Shown here piece by piece: positions 19,934 to 29,271 of a stretch of 64,000 bases of DNA. Source of the stretch: Klebsiella phage KP2025; sequence record PP919962.1; one strand, written 5' to 3'. How positions within the stretch are numbered: position 1 is the stretch's first letter; the number at the start of each line of letters is the position of its first letter. Below the pieces are notes generated by a model. The model ran no database searches. It was not told the origin of the DNA and saw only the letters and a program-made list of their open reading frames with translations. A program made the translations under genes and the position numbers.

Positions 19934-20498
19934 TAATTGCCTCCTCTAAAATAGGTTTAATGAACTCAAATATTTCCCGTTTACTTTTACCTCGTATGTT
20001 AAAGCAAGGAATATTAAACTGTTTTGCTAACATCCATGCAGTTCTAGTCCCTCCTTTTGCATCCCCATTTTTATCTACATCTGAACAGGCCAATAAAAAT
20101 AAAGAGGGAACAGGATTTTCCAAATCTCTTCCTAGCACCTGATGAACATTGCGTTGATGCAATTTCTTACCCCCTTGTGATAACCTATCCCAAGCAGGAT
20201 GTATTTCTTTTGCATATTTAACGCTTATAGCGTAGTTCATTGTATCAGGGCTGTCAAGACAAATTTTCTCCCCTGCTATTTCATTACCTTCAAATTTAGG
20301 CCAAGGGATGTAAATTTCTTTGTTCTCAGGAAAGTTCGACAAGGATACACCATATTCGAATGCAGAATCGGAGCCTCCTGCCTTACCTGATCTTAACTTA
20401 AGCCACTGTGCTAACCATTTAGCAACAGCAACCATTATATCCCATTCTTCATCGCTAATGTCTCGACTTCCCACGCCAGTGTAAAACAGTCCTTCCAT
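19926..20498 (-). CDS. DprA/SLOG-like Rossmann-fold protein (putative)
   Basis: YTGVGSR and SGKAGGSDSAFEYG resemble DprA G.ARGIDSAAH region; weak. Confidence 0.35.
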   Translation of the reverse strand: MEGLFYTGVGSRDISDEEWDIMVAVAKWLAQWLKLRSGKAGGSDSAFEYGVSLSNFPENKEIYIPWPKFEGNEIAGEKICLDSPDTMNYAISVKYAKEIHPAWDRLSQGGKKLHQRNVHQVLGRDLENPVPSLFLLACSDVDKNGDAKGGTRTAWMLAKQFNIPCFNIRGKSKREIFEFIKPILEEAINA

Positions 20499-20507
20499 TA
20501 TGCCACC

Positions 20508-20783
20508 TCAGCAGGTGACAGTGAATGGAGTGCTGAACGGCCAAGAACCAGTATCACGATACGGCTGTAACGGATCGTAAGGCTTCGGTGGCTTCTGAGC
20601 ATCTTCCCAAATCTTTTGCAGGATTTTCCAGTTCTCATCAATGCTCTGATTAGGAACATCGGTTTCAACTTGGATAATCTCTTTACTAACTAAGATTTGT
20701 TTCGTTAGATCAAGATCGTCTGTTTCAATGATCGTTTCTTTAATGACTTCACCGACAGTTTCTTTGATTGTTATTTTGTACAT
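20508..20783 (-). CDS. hypothetical protein
   Basis: ORF. Confidence 0.45.
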   Translation of the reverse strand: MYKITIKETVGEVIKETIIETDDLDLTKQILVSKEIIQVETDVPNQSIDENWKILQKIWEDAQKPPKPYDPLQPYRDTGSWPFSTPFTVTC

Positions 20784-21520
20784 TAGTCCTCCTCTAAAGT
20801 TGAATAAAACTTAACCGTTCCTTGCTCATCAAACCAACTAAATGTCAAATTATTGTTGAAACAAGACCCGGTATCCATATACACGCGATTAGCATTTATT
20901 AGTGGTTCCGGTACATAAGAGTGACCATGAAACACATAATCTACGCCTAATACTTTAGGCAAAGAAATCCCCTCCTGAGCACAGGAAATCATATCTCTAT
21001 CCCACATTAAAGACTCTGCAAAAATATTTTCCTTTTCCTTAGATAATCCCAGATTAGGTATCTCTGTTACTGGTAAATATTCATAAGCAGAAGGATAACC
21101 TCCATGTATAAATGCTAACTTTTTACCTCTATGTTCTACTACTAAAACAACGGGGAGATTTTCTACCATTGTCGCTAGTAGACTAACACCATCTTCCCCA
21201 AGCTCACTCCAAACAGTATGCCCACCATTCTGATACCAACATTCGTAATAATCCCTACTACCTTCTAACATGCCTTTAATTAGCATATCTTCATGATTAC
21301 CACGGATAGAAAAACGGTTAGACTTACGTGTGAATTCAATTACACATCGCAGATTTTGTTTACCCCTGTCAGTAAGATCTCCGAGAGAAATAACATAATC
21401 TGTATCTCTAATTCCTAAAACTCTTTCTCCTTTTTTATAGAGATCGTAACATCCGTGTAAATCCCCTATGATAAATAAATCTTTATCATCCTCCAATTTA
21501 ATAAATTCATAAAGTTTCAC
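20783..21520 (-). CDS. Ser/Thr protein phosphatase (calcineurin-like metallophosphoesterase)
   Basis: GDLHGC, GDLTDRG, GNHE motifs. Confidence 0.7.
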   Translation of the reverse strand: MKLYEFIKLEDDKDLFIIGDLHGCYDLYKKGERVLGIRDTDYVISLGDLTDRGKQNLRCVIEFTRKSNRFSIRGNHEDMLIKGMLEGSRDYYECWYQNGGHTVWSELGEDGVSLLATMVENLPVVLVVEHRGKKLAFIHGGYPSAYEYLPVTEIPNLGLSKEKENIFAESLMWDRDMISCAQEGISLPKVLGVDYVFHGHSYVPEPLINANRVYMDTGSCFNNNLTFSWFDEQGTVKFYSTLEED

Positions 21521-21529
21521 TTTTTCTCC

Positions 21530-22102
21530 TCAATAAGTCATTCCAACAGCGTAGCTGAAGGTAGGCTCGACAATAACAGTTGCAACAGCTATATATTTCT
21601 CATTTACTGCATAGCATTCCACACGACATACAACAATACCATTTACAATGAACTCCATACAATGAGTCATATCCTCGCATGTAAATACAGTATATGATAT
21701 CCCCATAGCATTATACAATGATTTTACTTCTCTTGCAAGTTCTGCAATAGGGTCTGTTTCTGCTACAATATATGCAGCTACTATTAAACTATTTGAATAG
21801 TGTGTTGTATCTTCTAAAGATAATGATCGACAAGGAAGTAATGAAAAGTACTTACCACATGTCAATAACCCAGATCTTACTTGATTAATAACAGCTTGAG
21901 AAGGATTTGTTACATAAAACAAATTCTCTTTTGGATTATCAATATTACTACGAGCTATACACTTAGTAGGAGAATTCTGATCAAAGACATGATCAAAGTC
22001 TACACAAATAGGTAGATTATAAGTTTTAAAATTATTTTGTAGGATTGTGACAGCTTTTAAGATGCTGTCTGTATTTATTTTACCATTAAAAGCCAAAGGC
22101 AT
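21530..22102 (-). CDS. hypothetical protein
   Basis: ORF. Confidence 0.5.
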   Translation of the reverse strand: MPLAFNGKINTDSILKAVTILQNNFKTYNLPICVDFDHVFDQNSPTKCIARSNIDNPKENLFYVTNPSQAVINQVRSGLLTCGKYFSLLPCRSLSLEDTTHYSNSLIVAAYIVAETDPIAELAREVKSLYNAMGISYTVFTCEDMTHCMEFIVNGIVVCRVECYAVNEKYIAVATVIVEPTFSYAVGMTY

Positions 22103-22111
22103 ATGTGCTCC

Positions 22112-22342
22112 TTAACTAGTAACATCCACCTCAGTACTTCCTTCCGTAGGAGATATTACAGTACACCTGGTTGCCATATAAGAAACATTCCAACCATTTG
22201 GGGAAGTTTCTATTAAAACCCTATCTTTTGCGATAAACTGGATATAATCAAGTGCTTCTCGCATAGATAAGAACGTTTTTGTAATTTGTTCTTCGTGCAA
22301 TGATTCCATAGGTCTCCTCAACTTATTTCTAATTTGTGACAT
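22112..22342 (-). CDS. hypothetical protein
   Basis: ORF. Confidence 0.4.
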   Translation of the reverse strand: MSQIRNKLRRPMESLHEEQITKTFLSMREALDYIQFIAKDRVLIETSPNGWNVSYMATRCTVISPTEGSTEVDVTS

Positions 22343-22980
22343 AAACGTTGTACTGCTTTTGCATCGAAAGCTGCGCCTCTTATTGTTTTTTTGCCTGCCT
22401 CATTTAACCTTTTTGAAATAGTTAAAAATGGCATGTTTTGAGACCTGTATGCAGTTAACAATGGTTTAAATTCTTCTGCCCACTCCAAGGAGTACTTAGT
22501 ATGTTCCTTCTTCGAGTAATCTGTTCTATGGTATTTTTCATTAGCAGCACCTAAGAGAGTGCCTTTCTCTTTAGCTACTTTTAAACTTTTCTTAACACGA
22601 TCAGAGATTCCTTTTGCTTCCTCTTCTGCAAGAACTGCAAGAATATTAATGATCATGTTTTCTGCGGAGGGCATCGTAGCTACACGCACTTGTATCATTT
22701 CCAGCAAAGCTGCAACGGAGGCTGTGTTACGTCCTAAACGGTCTACCTTAGCAACAACTAAGGTGGCTCCTGTTTGCTTGCATAGGTTAACAGCTTTAAC
22801 AAGTTCCCTACGCTGACGCCAGTCGCCTTTACCCGTATAGTATTCAGCAAAACTACCAATAACAGTGCAATCTTCTTGAGTATCAAGAAATCTTTGAATG
22901 TCAATCTCTTGAGCTTCAATACCGTATTGATTACCTTGTTGTTTTCTTTTAGATAGACGATGATAAAGTACGTATTTCAT
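22318..22980 (-). CDS. small serine recombinase (resolvase/invertase family)
   Basis: N-terminal YHRLS..Q (catalytic Ser), VVAKVDRLGRN resolvase signature, C-terminal HTH-like region. Confidence 0.6.
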   Translation of the reverse strand: MKYVLYHRLSKRKQQGNQYGIEAQEIDIQRFLDTQEDCTVIGSFAEYYTGKGDWRQRRELVKAVNLCKQTGATLVVAKVDRLGRNTASVAALLEMIQVRVATMPSAENMIINILAVLAEEEAKGISDRVKKSLKVAKEKGTLLGAANEKYHRTDYSKKEHTKYSLEWAEEFKPLLTAYRSQNMPFLTISKRLNEAGKKTIRGAAFDAKAVQRLCHKLEIS

Positions 22981-23029
22981 AATGCCCTCCTGCTATTTAT
23001 GAAGAGTATGCACTACTCTTCATCATATG

Positions 23030-23233
23030 TCAAGTGGTTGTGATATCATCTTCCTGAATAGTTGATTCTTCATCAACAAAAACTTTATCAGGAGTGATAT
23101 TCTTTCCTGTTATACGTGATAGAAGAACAGCACCAATATCTTTTGCTTGCTGTTCATTAGCAGCATAGACATTAGTTCCTGTATCCTTCTTAGTACTTTC
23201 ATTAGTGTACACTAAGTAATAACTGTATGGCAT
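23030..23233 (-). CDS. hypothetical protein
   Basis: ORF. Confidence 0.4.
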   Translation of the reverse strand: MPYSYYLVYTNESTKKDTGTNVYAANEQQAKDIGAVLLSRITGKNITPDKVFVDEESTIQEDDITTT

Positions 23234-23241
23234 TTTTATTC

Positions 23242-23466
23242 CTAGTAGTTATCTCGTTCATCCTGAAGACTTTTAGCAATCTTTCCGTACTCTATAGCCA
23301 GTCCAGCCATACTTTCTGCTTGCGCTGCCATAGCTTCTTTGAAGAACATAGAAATTGCTGCTTGTTGAATAGTTTCAATACCGTCTGAATCTGTAGTGAT
23401 ATTGAGGCTCAAGTCATCATCTTCTTTAAAGATAAGAGAGATGTTAAAATTAAAAGTGGATTCCAT
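23242..23466 (-). CDS. hypothetical protein
   Basis: ORF. Confidence 0.4.
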   Translation of the reverse strand: MESTFNFNISLIFKEDDDLSLNITTDSDGIETIQQAAISMFFKEAMAAQAESMAGLAIEYGKIAKSLQDERDNY

Positions 23467-23476
23467 TAGTTTCTCC

Positions 23477-23986
23477 TCATACGAAATAGAAAGGTTGCGT
23501 AAGCCCTAGACGATTCTTAGGGTCATAAACATACCACGCATATGCTGTTTTATCTGTCCCGCCACCAACAAAAGATGGTCTTTCTGACAAAACGATCAAA
23601 TGATTAGGGGGATTATTTTTATGAAACTCCCTACGTTTCTTAGATTCTAAGAATCCTAAACGAAGGAGGTATATACATACATCACATTCTTGTAGACTCT
23701 TCTCTAAGAATTGTAATGCCAGTTTAAACGGAGGATTTGTGATAATAGCATCTGGCTTTCTCTTCCAACTACTATTAAAATAATCTATCCCCTCATCTAA
23801 CTCACAATATTCAGATCCTTCTGGAAAATGCTGATAGATAGCATTTGCTAAACCTCTACAAGGTTCAGCAAAAGTCCATCCCTCTTCCACAAGATTTTTA
23901 AAATCTATAATACCGAATAAACTATCTATACACTTTTGTGGAGTAGGATAAAAATCATTATCCGGTCTTTCATAGTTGTTTGCCAA
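23477..23986 (-). CDS. putative DNA N6-adenine methyltransferase (small)
   Basis: NPPF (motif IV) and EPCRG (motif I-like). Confidence 0.45.
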   Translation of the reverse strand: MANNYERPDNDFYPTPQKCIDSLFGIIDFKNLVEEGWTFAEPCRGLANAIYQHFPEGSEYCELDEGIDYFNSSWKRKPDAIITNPPFKLALQFLEKSLQECDVCIYLLRLGFLESKKRREFHKNNPPNHLIVLSERPSFVGGGTDKTAYAWYVYDPKNRLGLTQPFYFV

Positions 23987-24404
23987 TTTCTAAAATATCC
24001 TCTTTAGTTAACTCTGGGTCTTCCTCGAAGGAGCTGATATCCATAAGAACTTGAAACTCCTCCAGAGACACAGGAATTACCTGATTTTCCTCACGCGCTT
24101 TTAATACTTCCAATAAAGCATCTACCATATCAGAGTATTCATAGAACTTGAGTAGTTGATAATCTAAAGGAGATATCTTATCTTCTTGAAGTAGCCATTC
24201 TGTGGCATTATCGAGAGAACCAACAACGTGCATCATTTCTCCAAAGGCATTAACCTCCCATTGACGTGTTCTCCACCAACTTAACTTTTCAGTTAAAACA
24301 TAACGTTTGTTAGAAAGATAACTTAAATAATTTTCAGCACGCTTACATGTTTGCTGATAAGCATGTACCTGTTTATCAAAAAACTCTACTGGGATAGGTA
24401 ACAT
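23970..24404 (-). CDS. hypothetical protein
   Basis: ORF. Confidence 0.45.
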   Translation of the reverse strand: MLPIPVEFFDKQVHAYQQTCKRAENYLSYLSNKRYVLTEKLSWWRTRQWEVNAFGEMMHVVGSLDNATEWLLQEDKISPLDYQLLKFYEYSDMVDALLEVLKAREENQVIPVSLEEFQVLMDISSFEEDPELTKEDILEIGKQL

Positions 24405-24417
24405 ATCTCCTCCTTAA

Positions 24418-24445
24418 AATGCCCCGAAGGGCATTTTTTATTAGT
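24418..24445. terminator. bidirectional hairpin terminator
   Basis: aaaatgccc-cgaa-gggcattttttatt. Confidence 0.55.
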
Positions 24446-25067
24446 TGTCTACACTACTCGATGTGTCTGTCTCATCTGAGCCTTCGGCTAGAATTCTATC
24501 CCCTTCTTCACCATCAGGACTACCTGTAAGGAGCAGATTTAAAAGTTGTGCTCGGGTGAATCCACGGAGATCCTCGTCAGTAATATCAACAGGAACTTTT
24601 TGCTCTTCTATGAAGGTATCTCCTCCAGAAAAAGCATCTCTAAGTTTAGCTACATCCATTGCTACCTCTGGTGTAGCGCCACTATCCAGTGCTGCTAAAG
24701 CGTAATCCGCTCCACTTCCTACAGCGTAGTATTCAGCTTCTATTGGCATTGCACGTGCTGGATTATTTCCTTCGTGAATAAAAATTTTACCATCAGGATG
24801 AACGACAAGCGCCACAAATTCTTCATCTTCTTTATCTGGGTCAGATTGAATCATTAAACCTGGAATAGCTTCCTGTGCGGCTTGGCATTGCAGATTTTGT
24901 TCAAACCAAGAGAAAAAAGTTAAAATAGAAGATAAACGCCCTGCACCACCTACAAGATAATCACCAATTTTTCTTACTTTTTTAAAGTTGTATTGATCTA
25001 CTCTGGAGCCTACAGTCACTTTACCATCACTAAGGATTTTATTTCTTGTTGCAATAATTGTTGTCAT
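24441..25067 (-). CDS. hslV: HslV/ClpQ-like N-terminal-Thr peptidase (proteasome beta-like)
   Basis: M-TTIIATRNK..SDGKVTVG..NFKKVRKIGDYLVGGAGRLSSILTFF..FEQNL aligns with HslV TTIVSVRR..GDGQATLG..KKVRRL..AGFAGGTADAFTLFE; start moved to internal ATG (25067) preceded by GAGGAG, exposing Thr2. Confidence 0.6.
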   Translation of the reverse strand: MTTIIATRNKILSDGKVTVGSRVDQYNFKKVRKIGDYLVGGAGRLSSILTFFSWFEQNLQCQAAQEAIPGLMIQSDPDKEDEEFVALVVHPDGKIFIHEGNNPARAMPIEAEYYAVGSGADYALAALDSGATPEVAMDVAKLRDAFSGGDTFIEEQKVPVDITDEDLRGFTRAQLLNLLLTGSPDGEEGDRILAEGSDETDTSSSVDN

Positions 25068-25068
25068 A

Positions 25069-25560
25069 TTATTTCTCCTCCTGAAGTGTTTTAAGAACAG
25101 CTTTGCCACCATTGGTATATTTTCTTAAATAATCAATGGCTCGCAATGTTTCTTTATCTACTGTTATTTTACTGGATACTGCCAGAGGATGATTCAGTAA
25201 ATCACTGCATTCTCTCACTAGCAAAGACTTTTTATGGAATATATTACTTAAGAACAATAGTTTACTCTCTTCTTCATCCAGGAGAAGAAGCTCAGGAGTT
25301 GAGCCTGCTATCTCTATTATACACTCAAGTAAGCTCCCATTACTATCAGAAAGTTCTTGATAGTAGCTTAAAATATAATTTTTATTTGTAATCCACGATA
25401 AAAACATTTTAAATTTTTGTCTTAAAGTCAGATTTTCTAATCTTAAAGATATTTCCTGCTCAATAAGATTACTACAAATTTGTCTAAACTCATTGGGTTT
25501 TACTAACCCTGCTTGATAACACTCGTCTATTCCATTCTTATCAATCTCAACAAAAACCAT
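25069..25560 (-). CDS. hypothetical protein
   Basis: ORF. Confidence 0.5.
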   Translation of the reverse strand: MVFVEIDKNGIDECYQAGLVKPNEFRQICSNLIEQEISLRLENLTLRQKFKMFLSWITNKNYILSYYQELSDSNGSLLECIIEIAGSTPELLLLDEEESKLLFLSNIFHKKSLLVRECSDLLNHPLAVSSKITVDKETLRAIDYLRKYTNGGKAVLKTLQEEK

Positions 25561-25598
25561 TATCTCTCCTTAAAAGTGGCGTCCTTGCCTTATTATTA

Positions 25599-26354
25599 TC
25601 ACTTATAAACGTCTGTCATCAACTTAGAAAGACGAGAACGTTTGTTTTCATCCGAGGACATTTCTACATAACCGATAAAGTCTACGATAGGTTGTCTATC
25701 ACCATACTCATCCTCTGGTACGAGATGGTCTAGAAGATCTTTTAGACCATTAGGACGTTTCTTAATAGCATATGTTTGCCTAATATCTCCAAGAACAACA
25801 ACGTGAGTATTAATACCCGCTCGCTCAACGAGAAGTTTTAAAGTATCCGGCGACATGAGCTGTGCTTCATCAATTAAAACAATGGAGTTATCCAAGGTGG
25901 CACCAAGCATGTAGTTCGGAATATTAAGCTCAATCTTACCAGAAGAAATATCATTTTCTAGCTTATTCGCGGTCATGAACTGCTGGAAGATGCGTTTCGT
26001 TGAATCATAGTGGGCTGCCAGTTTGTCTGTTTTATCTCCTGATAAAAAACCAATCTGATCATCACCGACTTCCGTTGGATTTTTAAGGAAGATAAGTTTA
26101 CGATAGTCTCCTGCACGGAGCATTTGTAGTGCTTTCCATAGGGCTGTGGATGTTTTACCAGTACCTGCTGGGGCAGTAACGATAGTCAAATCATTCCACA
26201 CCATACTATGTACAATATCTTGTTGCGCTTCGGTAGGATAAAATTCGTCTAAACGATAGTCATCATTTCCTACAGCCTTTTGTGCGTAGCGACTTTCGCG
26301 TTTATCATTGTTTGCTAACTCTTGACGACGAGTTTTTGCTGGTTTATTTCCCAT
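25599..26354 (-). CDS. phoH: PhoH-like ATPase
   Basis: Walker A APAGTGKTSTAL and conserved PhoH C-terminal blocks. Confidence 0.8.
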   Translation of the reverse strand: MGNKPAKTRRQELANNDKRESRYAQKAVGNDDYRLDEFYPTEAQQDIVHSMVWNDLTIVTAPAGTGKTSTALWKALQMLRAGDYRKLIFLKNPTEVGDDQIGFLSGDKTDKLAAHYDSTKRIFQQFMTANKLENDISSGKIELNIPNYMLGATLDNSIVLIDEAQLMSPDTLKLLVERAGINTHVVVLGDIRQTYAIKKRPNGLKDLLDHLVPEDEYGDRQPIVDFIGYVEMSSDENKRSRLSKLMTDVYK

Positions 26355-26390
26355 AGTACCGCTCCTTAATAAGGGGCTTACGCCCCTTTG

Positions 26391-26891
26391 TTAGTTGTAA
26401 GCATCAAGTGTTCCAGAGGTTAGAACCTTGATTACTCGCTCTGCACGATTAGGCGTTTGTTTATACCACTTACTCTTACGTAAGTTAATACCAGCCTGAG
26501 TATAGTACGAATTGCTTACTAATGTCAAGCTGTTTTTGAAAGATTCTGCTCCAGCAATCCCCATTTGGAATACCATATTGATGATTGCCATTTTACGAAT
26601 AGGACTAACCTTATCGTAGATAGGAGACAGGATCTTACTTTGTTTAATTTGCTTAGTCGCTTTTTCAACGTCTTTCTTAAAGATAGTACGTGCTTCTGCT
26701 TCTGTGATAACTCCATTAGTCTTACGACCTACCAGCTTATCCAGTTCAGTAATAGCAACCGCTTTATCTTTAACTTTTGTTAAGAGATGACCAATTCCAA
26801 CTGTCCAGTACCCTTCGGTATCTCTATAGACAGTTAGCTTTAAGCCTTCATCTAAGCGAAGCATATCAAACTCATCTACTACTCTAGCCAT
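26391..26891 (-). CDS. T4-type lysozyme (endolysin, GH24)
   Basis: MLRLDEGLKLTVYRDTEGYWTVGIGHLL nearly identical to T4 e N-terminus (catalytic E, D, T); start moved to internal ATG with AAGGA RBS. A longer N-extended form (to 26960) is possible. Confidence 0.75.
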   Translation of the reverse strand: MARVVDEFDMLRLDEGLKLTVYRDTEGYWTVGIGHLLTKVKDKAVAITELDKLVGRKTNGVITEAEARTIFKKDVEKATKQIKQSKILSPIYDKVSPIRKMAIINMVFQMGIAGAESFKNSLTLVSNSYYTQAGINLRKSKWYKQTPNRAERVIKVLTSGTLDAYN

Positions 26892-27049
26892 GTTTTCCTT
26901 ATGCGTCAACCTCACCATGATCCAGAACATCAAAAAGCATGTGTTCTTGAGTTGGTTCACGTTTCGGTTTTGTTTTCTTAGTGTGGGACTTAAGCTCTGC
27001 TGCTAAAGCACGAGAAAAGATCTTACGTTTTTGTTTACCTTTCATATTG

Positions 27050-27316
27050 TTACTCCGCAATCTGAGCCATGAATTCACGTAGTTCTGTAAAACCGCCTAC
27101 GTGTTTATAGTCCACGTCAGCATCTTCCTGTACTAGAATCTGAGGAAAAGTGCGTGGTGGGACTCCTGTTTTCTCTACGACCACTGCTTGCATGTGGTCT
27201 AGAGAATAATCTTCATCCAAGGTAAGATATTTAAAATCCTGACCTCTCATCTCCAACAGTTGTTTAGCCATGTTGCAGAATTGGCAGTCAGGTTTACCGT
27301 AGATTACAAAATTCAT
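27050..27316 (-). CDS. glutaredoxin (NrdH/NrdC-like redoxin)
   Basis: CQFC active site; adjacent to nrd genes. Confidence 0.65.
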   Translation of the reverse strand: MNFVIYGKPDCQFCNMAKQLLEMRGQDFKYLTLDEDYSLDHMQAVVVEKTGVPPRTFPQILVQEDADVDYKHVGGFTELREFMAQIAE

Positions 27317-28155
27317 TCTCTCTCCTTATTTAATAGAACTTTCAGTGATTCATTAATACCGCAGACTACTGGCTTTGGATTCAGGAAGCCTTTGGTTTCA
27401 AGATAAGATTTAGCAGGACGTGGTGCCTTGGAATTATATTGCGAAGCAGATATTGGGTTAACTTTAACTGTCGTATCTATTTCGCAGAAAATAGTTGTAG
27501 CGAAGTCATACCAACTTAAATAATCCTTACCTGCATAATGAAAAATACGAGCACCAACCCCATACTCCAGCATGGTAAAGATCATCTCGGCAAGGTCAGG
27601 AGCATATGTTGGACAAGAGTAATGATCACAGATAACATCAAACTCCCGCTGGCCTGCGTTATAACGACTTAACAGTGTTTTGAGGAAGTTATTGCCAAAC
27701 TCACTGTATACTGAAGCAGTACGAATAATTAAAGCTCCAGGATGAACGGCATGAACTAACTCTTCACCAAAACGTTTGGAATAACCATATACATTTAGAG
27801 GATTGGTTGGAGCACCTTCAATACCAGGGAACGAACCATCAAAAACATAATCAGTCGAAATGTGGATTAAGTCAATGTGCAATTCACTACAAACTTTAGC
27901 AATATTAGCCGCACCATAAGCATTTACTTCTAAAGCCGCTTGAATGTTATCTTCTGCTTTGTCAACATCCGTGTAAGCTGCACAGTTAATAACTGCATCT
28001 GGCATCTCATCAATAATCAAGTTACGGATTTGCTCAAAATTGGTAATGTCGCTGCGTTTACGATCAGGTCTGATGAGTTCCACGTCATTGGGTTTCACTT
28101 TCTTGAGTGCTTGGCCTAATTGTCCTTGCGCTCCCAATACTAAATAACGTTTCAT
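27313..28155 (-). CDS. rmlD: dTDP-4-dehydrorhamnose reductase (RmlD/RfbD)
   Basis: N-terminal LVLGAQGQLGQAL Rossmann motif and RmlD-like length. Confidence 0.75.
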   Translation of the reverse strand: MKRYLVLGAQGQLGQALKKVKPNDVELIRPDRKRSDITNFEQIRNLIIDEMPDAVINCAAYTDVDKAEDNIQAALEVNAYGAANIAKVCSELHIDLIHISTDYVFDGSFPGIEGAPTNPLNVYGYSKRFGEELVHAVHPGALIIRTASVYSEFGNNFLKTLLSRYNAGQREFDVICDHYSCPTYAPDLAEMIFTMLEYGVGARIFHYAGKDYLSWYDFATTIFCEIDTTVKVNPISASQYNSKAPRPAKSYLETKGFLNPKPVVCGINESLKVLLNKERE

Positions 28156-28754
28156 CCAAAGATCTCCCTTAACGTTTTAGCCTCTCGGTCTTTTTGGGAT
28201 AAGATAGGCTTAAAGTAGTCATCATTAAAGATGAGGTCAAATCCCCAATCAACAGCCACATCTGGATCATTCCAAGCGAGGCTACGCTCTGACGTAGGAT
28301 CGTAATATTCAGTGCATTTGTACTCGAAGTCGGCAGTATCAGAAACCACAACGAAACCGTGGGCGAAGCCTGGTGGAATCCAGAACTGCACCTTGTTTTG
28401 TTCGCTAAGTACCACACCCTCCCACTCCCCAAAGGTCGGACTACCTTCACGCAAATCAACAGCTACGTCAAAGACCATGCCACTTGTGCATCGCACCAAC
28501 TTACCTTGAGGATTTGTTTCTTGATAGTGGAGTCCACGCAGGACTCCTTTTGAAGAACGAGAATGATTGTCTTGAACAAATGTATATTTTCCAATAAGAG
28601 TATCATAACGAGCTTGATTAAAAGATTCTAGAAAAAATCCTCGGTCATCAGCAAATACTCTAGGTGTGATTATTAGGAGACCTTCAATACCTGTCTCTCT
28701 TACGTTATGAGTATTCTCCACTCTTACCCCTCTTACCAAACATTTTGACTGCAA
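28152..28754 (-). CDS. rmlC: dTDP-4-dehydrorhamnose 3,5-epimerase (RmlC/RfbC)
   Basis: Cupin with RGLHYQ, FVQDN, KLVRC blocks. Confidence 0.75.
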   Translation of the reverse strand: MQSKCLVRGVRVENTHNVRETGIEGLLIITPRVFADDRGFFLESFNQARYDTLIGKYTFVQDNHSRSSKGVLRGLHYQETNPQGKLVRCTSGMVFDVAVDLREGSPTFGEWEGVVLSEQNKVQFWIPPGFAHGFVVVSDTADFEYKCTEYYDPTSERSLAWNDPDVAVDWGFDLIFNDDYFKPILSQKDREAKTLREIFG

Positions 28755-29059
28755 ATGGTTGTTGTCTCAATTCCATATTTCTCTTTAAGCTCTTTAGCAA
28801 TTTCTTCAGCTTTTACAGTAAGGAATTTCAAATCTATGTCTTTTGCATAATCTCCGCCAGCTAGTTCAACGCCAAACATACAATCTTCTTGCGCTGCATC
28901 ATAATAAGGAGAAGCAGAAACTACTTTAAGACAATCATATAGGAACCAAGTGAAATCCCCATCATATCCTTCAACAACTTCTTCATTATCACCTAATGCT
29001 TGCTCCCAAACTGAGAAAGGAGCACCTTGAATCATTTTCCAGCCAATATCAATTCCCAT
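28733..29059 (-). CDS. hypothetical protein
   Basis: ORF. Confidence 0.45.
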   Translation of the reverse strand: MGIDIGWKMIQGAPFSVWEQALGDNEEVVEGYDGDFTWFLYDCLKVVSASPYYDAAQEDCMFGVELAGGDYAKDIDLKFLTVKAEEIAKELKEKYGIETTTICSQNVW

Positions 29060-29262
29060 TATAACTCCTCTTTAATCTGTTTAAGCATAGTTTTCAACTC
29101 TAGTTCTGATAACACCAACTCAAAGATATCTCCTGATTCTTCTGATTTGACGAATATGGAGTAACCTTTCTTAAGACTTCCATCATTAGACACAAAGTCA
29201 ACAGCACCACCTTCCTCAACAACTAATTCTGAAATTATACTAGCGTCTTCAAATTCAATCAT
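29059..29262 (-). CDS. hypothetical protein
   Basis: ORF. Confidence 0.4.
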   Translation of the reverse strand: MIEFEDASIISELVVEEGGAVDFVSNDGSLKKGYSIFVKSEESGDIFELVLSELELKTMLKQIKEEL

Positions 29263-29271
29263 GTTTTCTCC

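Noticed and set aside
26391-26960. N-terminally extended lysozyme with a SAR-like hydrophobic leader (start at 26960)
   Set aside because: The T4-lysozyme homology begins exactly at the internal ATG, which has its own RBS. The upstream 23 codons overlap the intergenic/terminator region. The extended form is kept only as a possibility.
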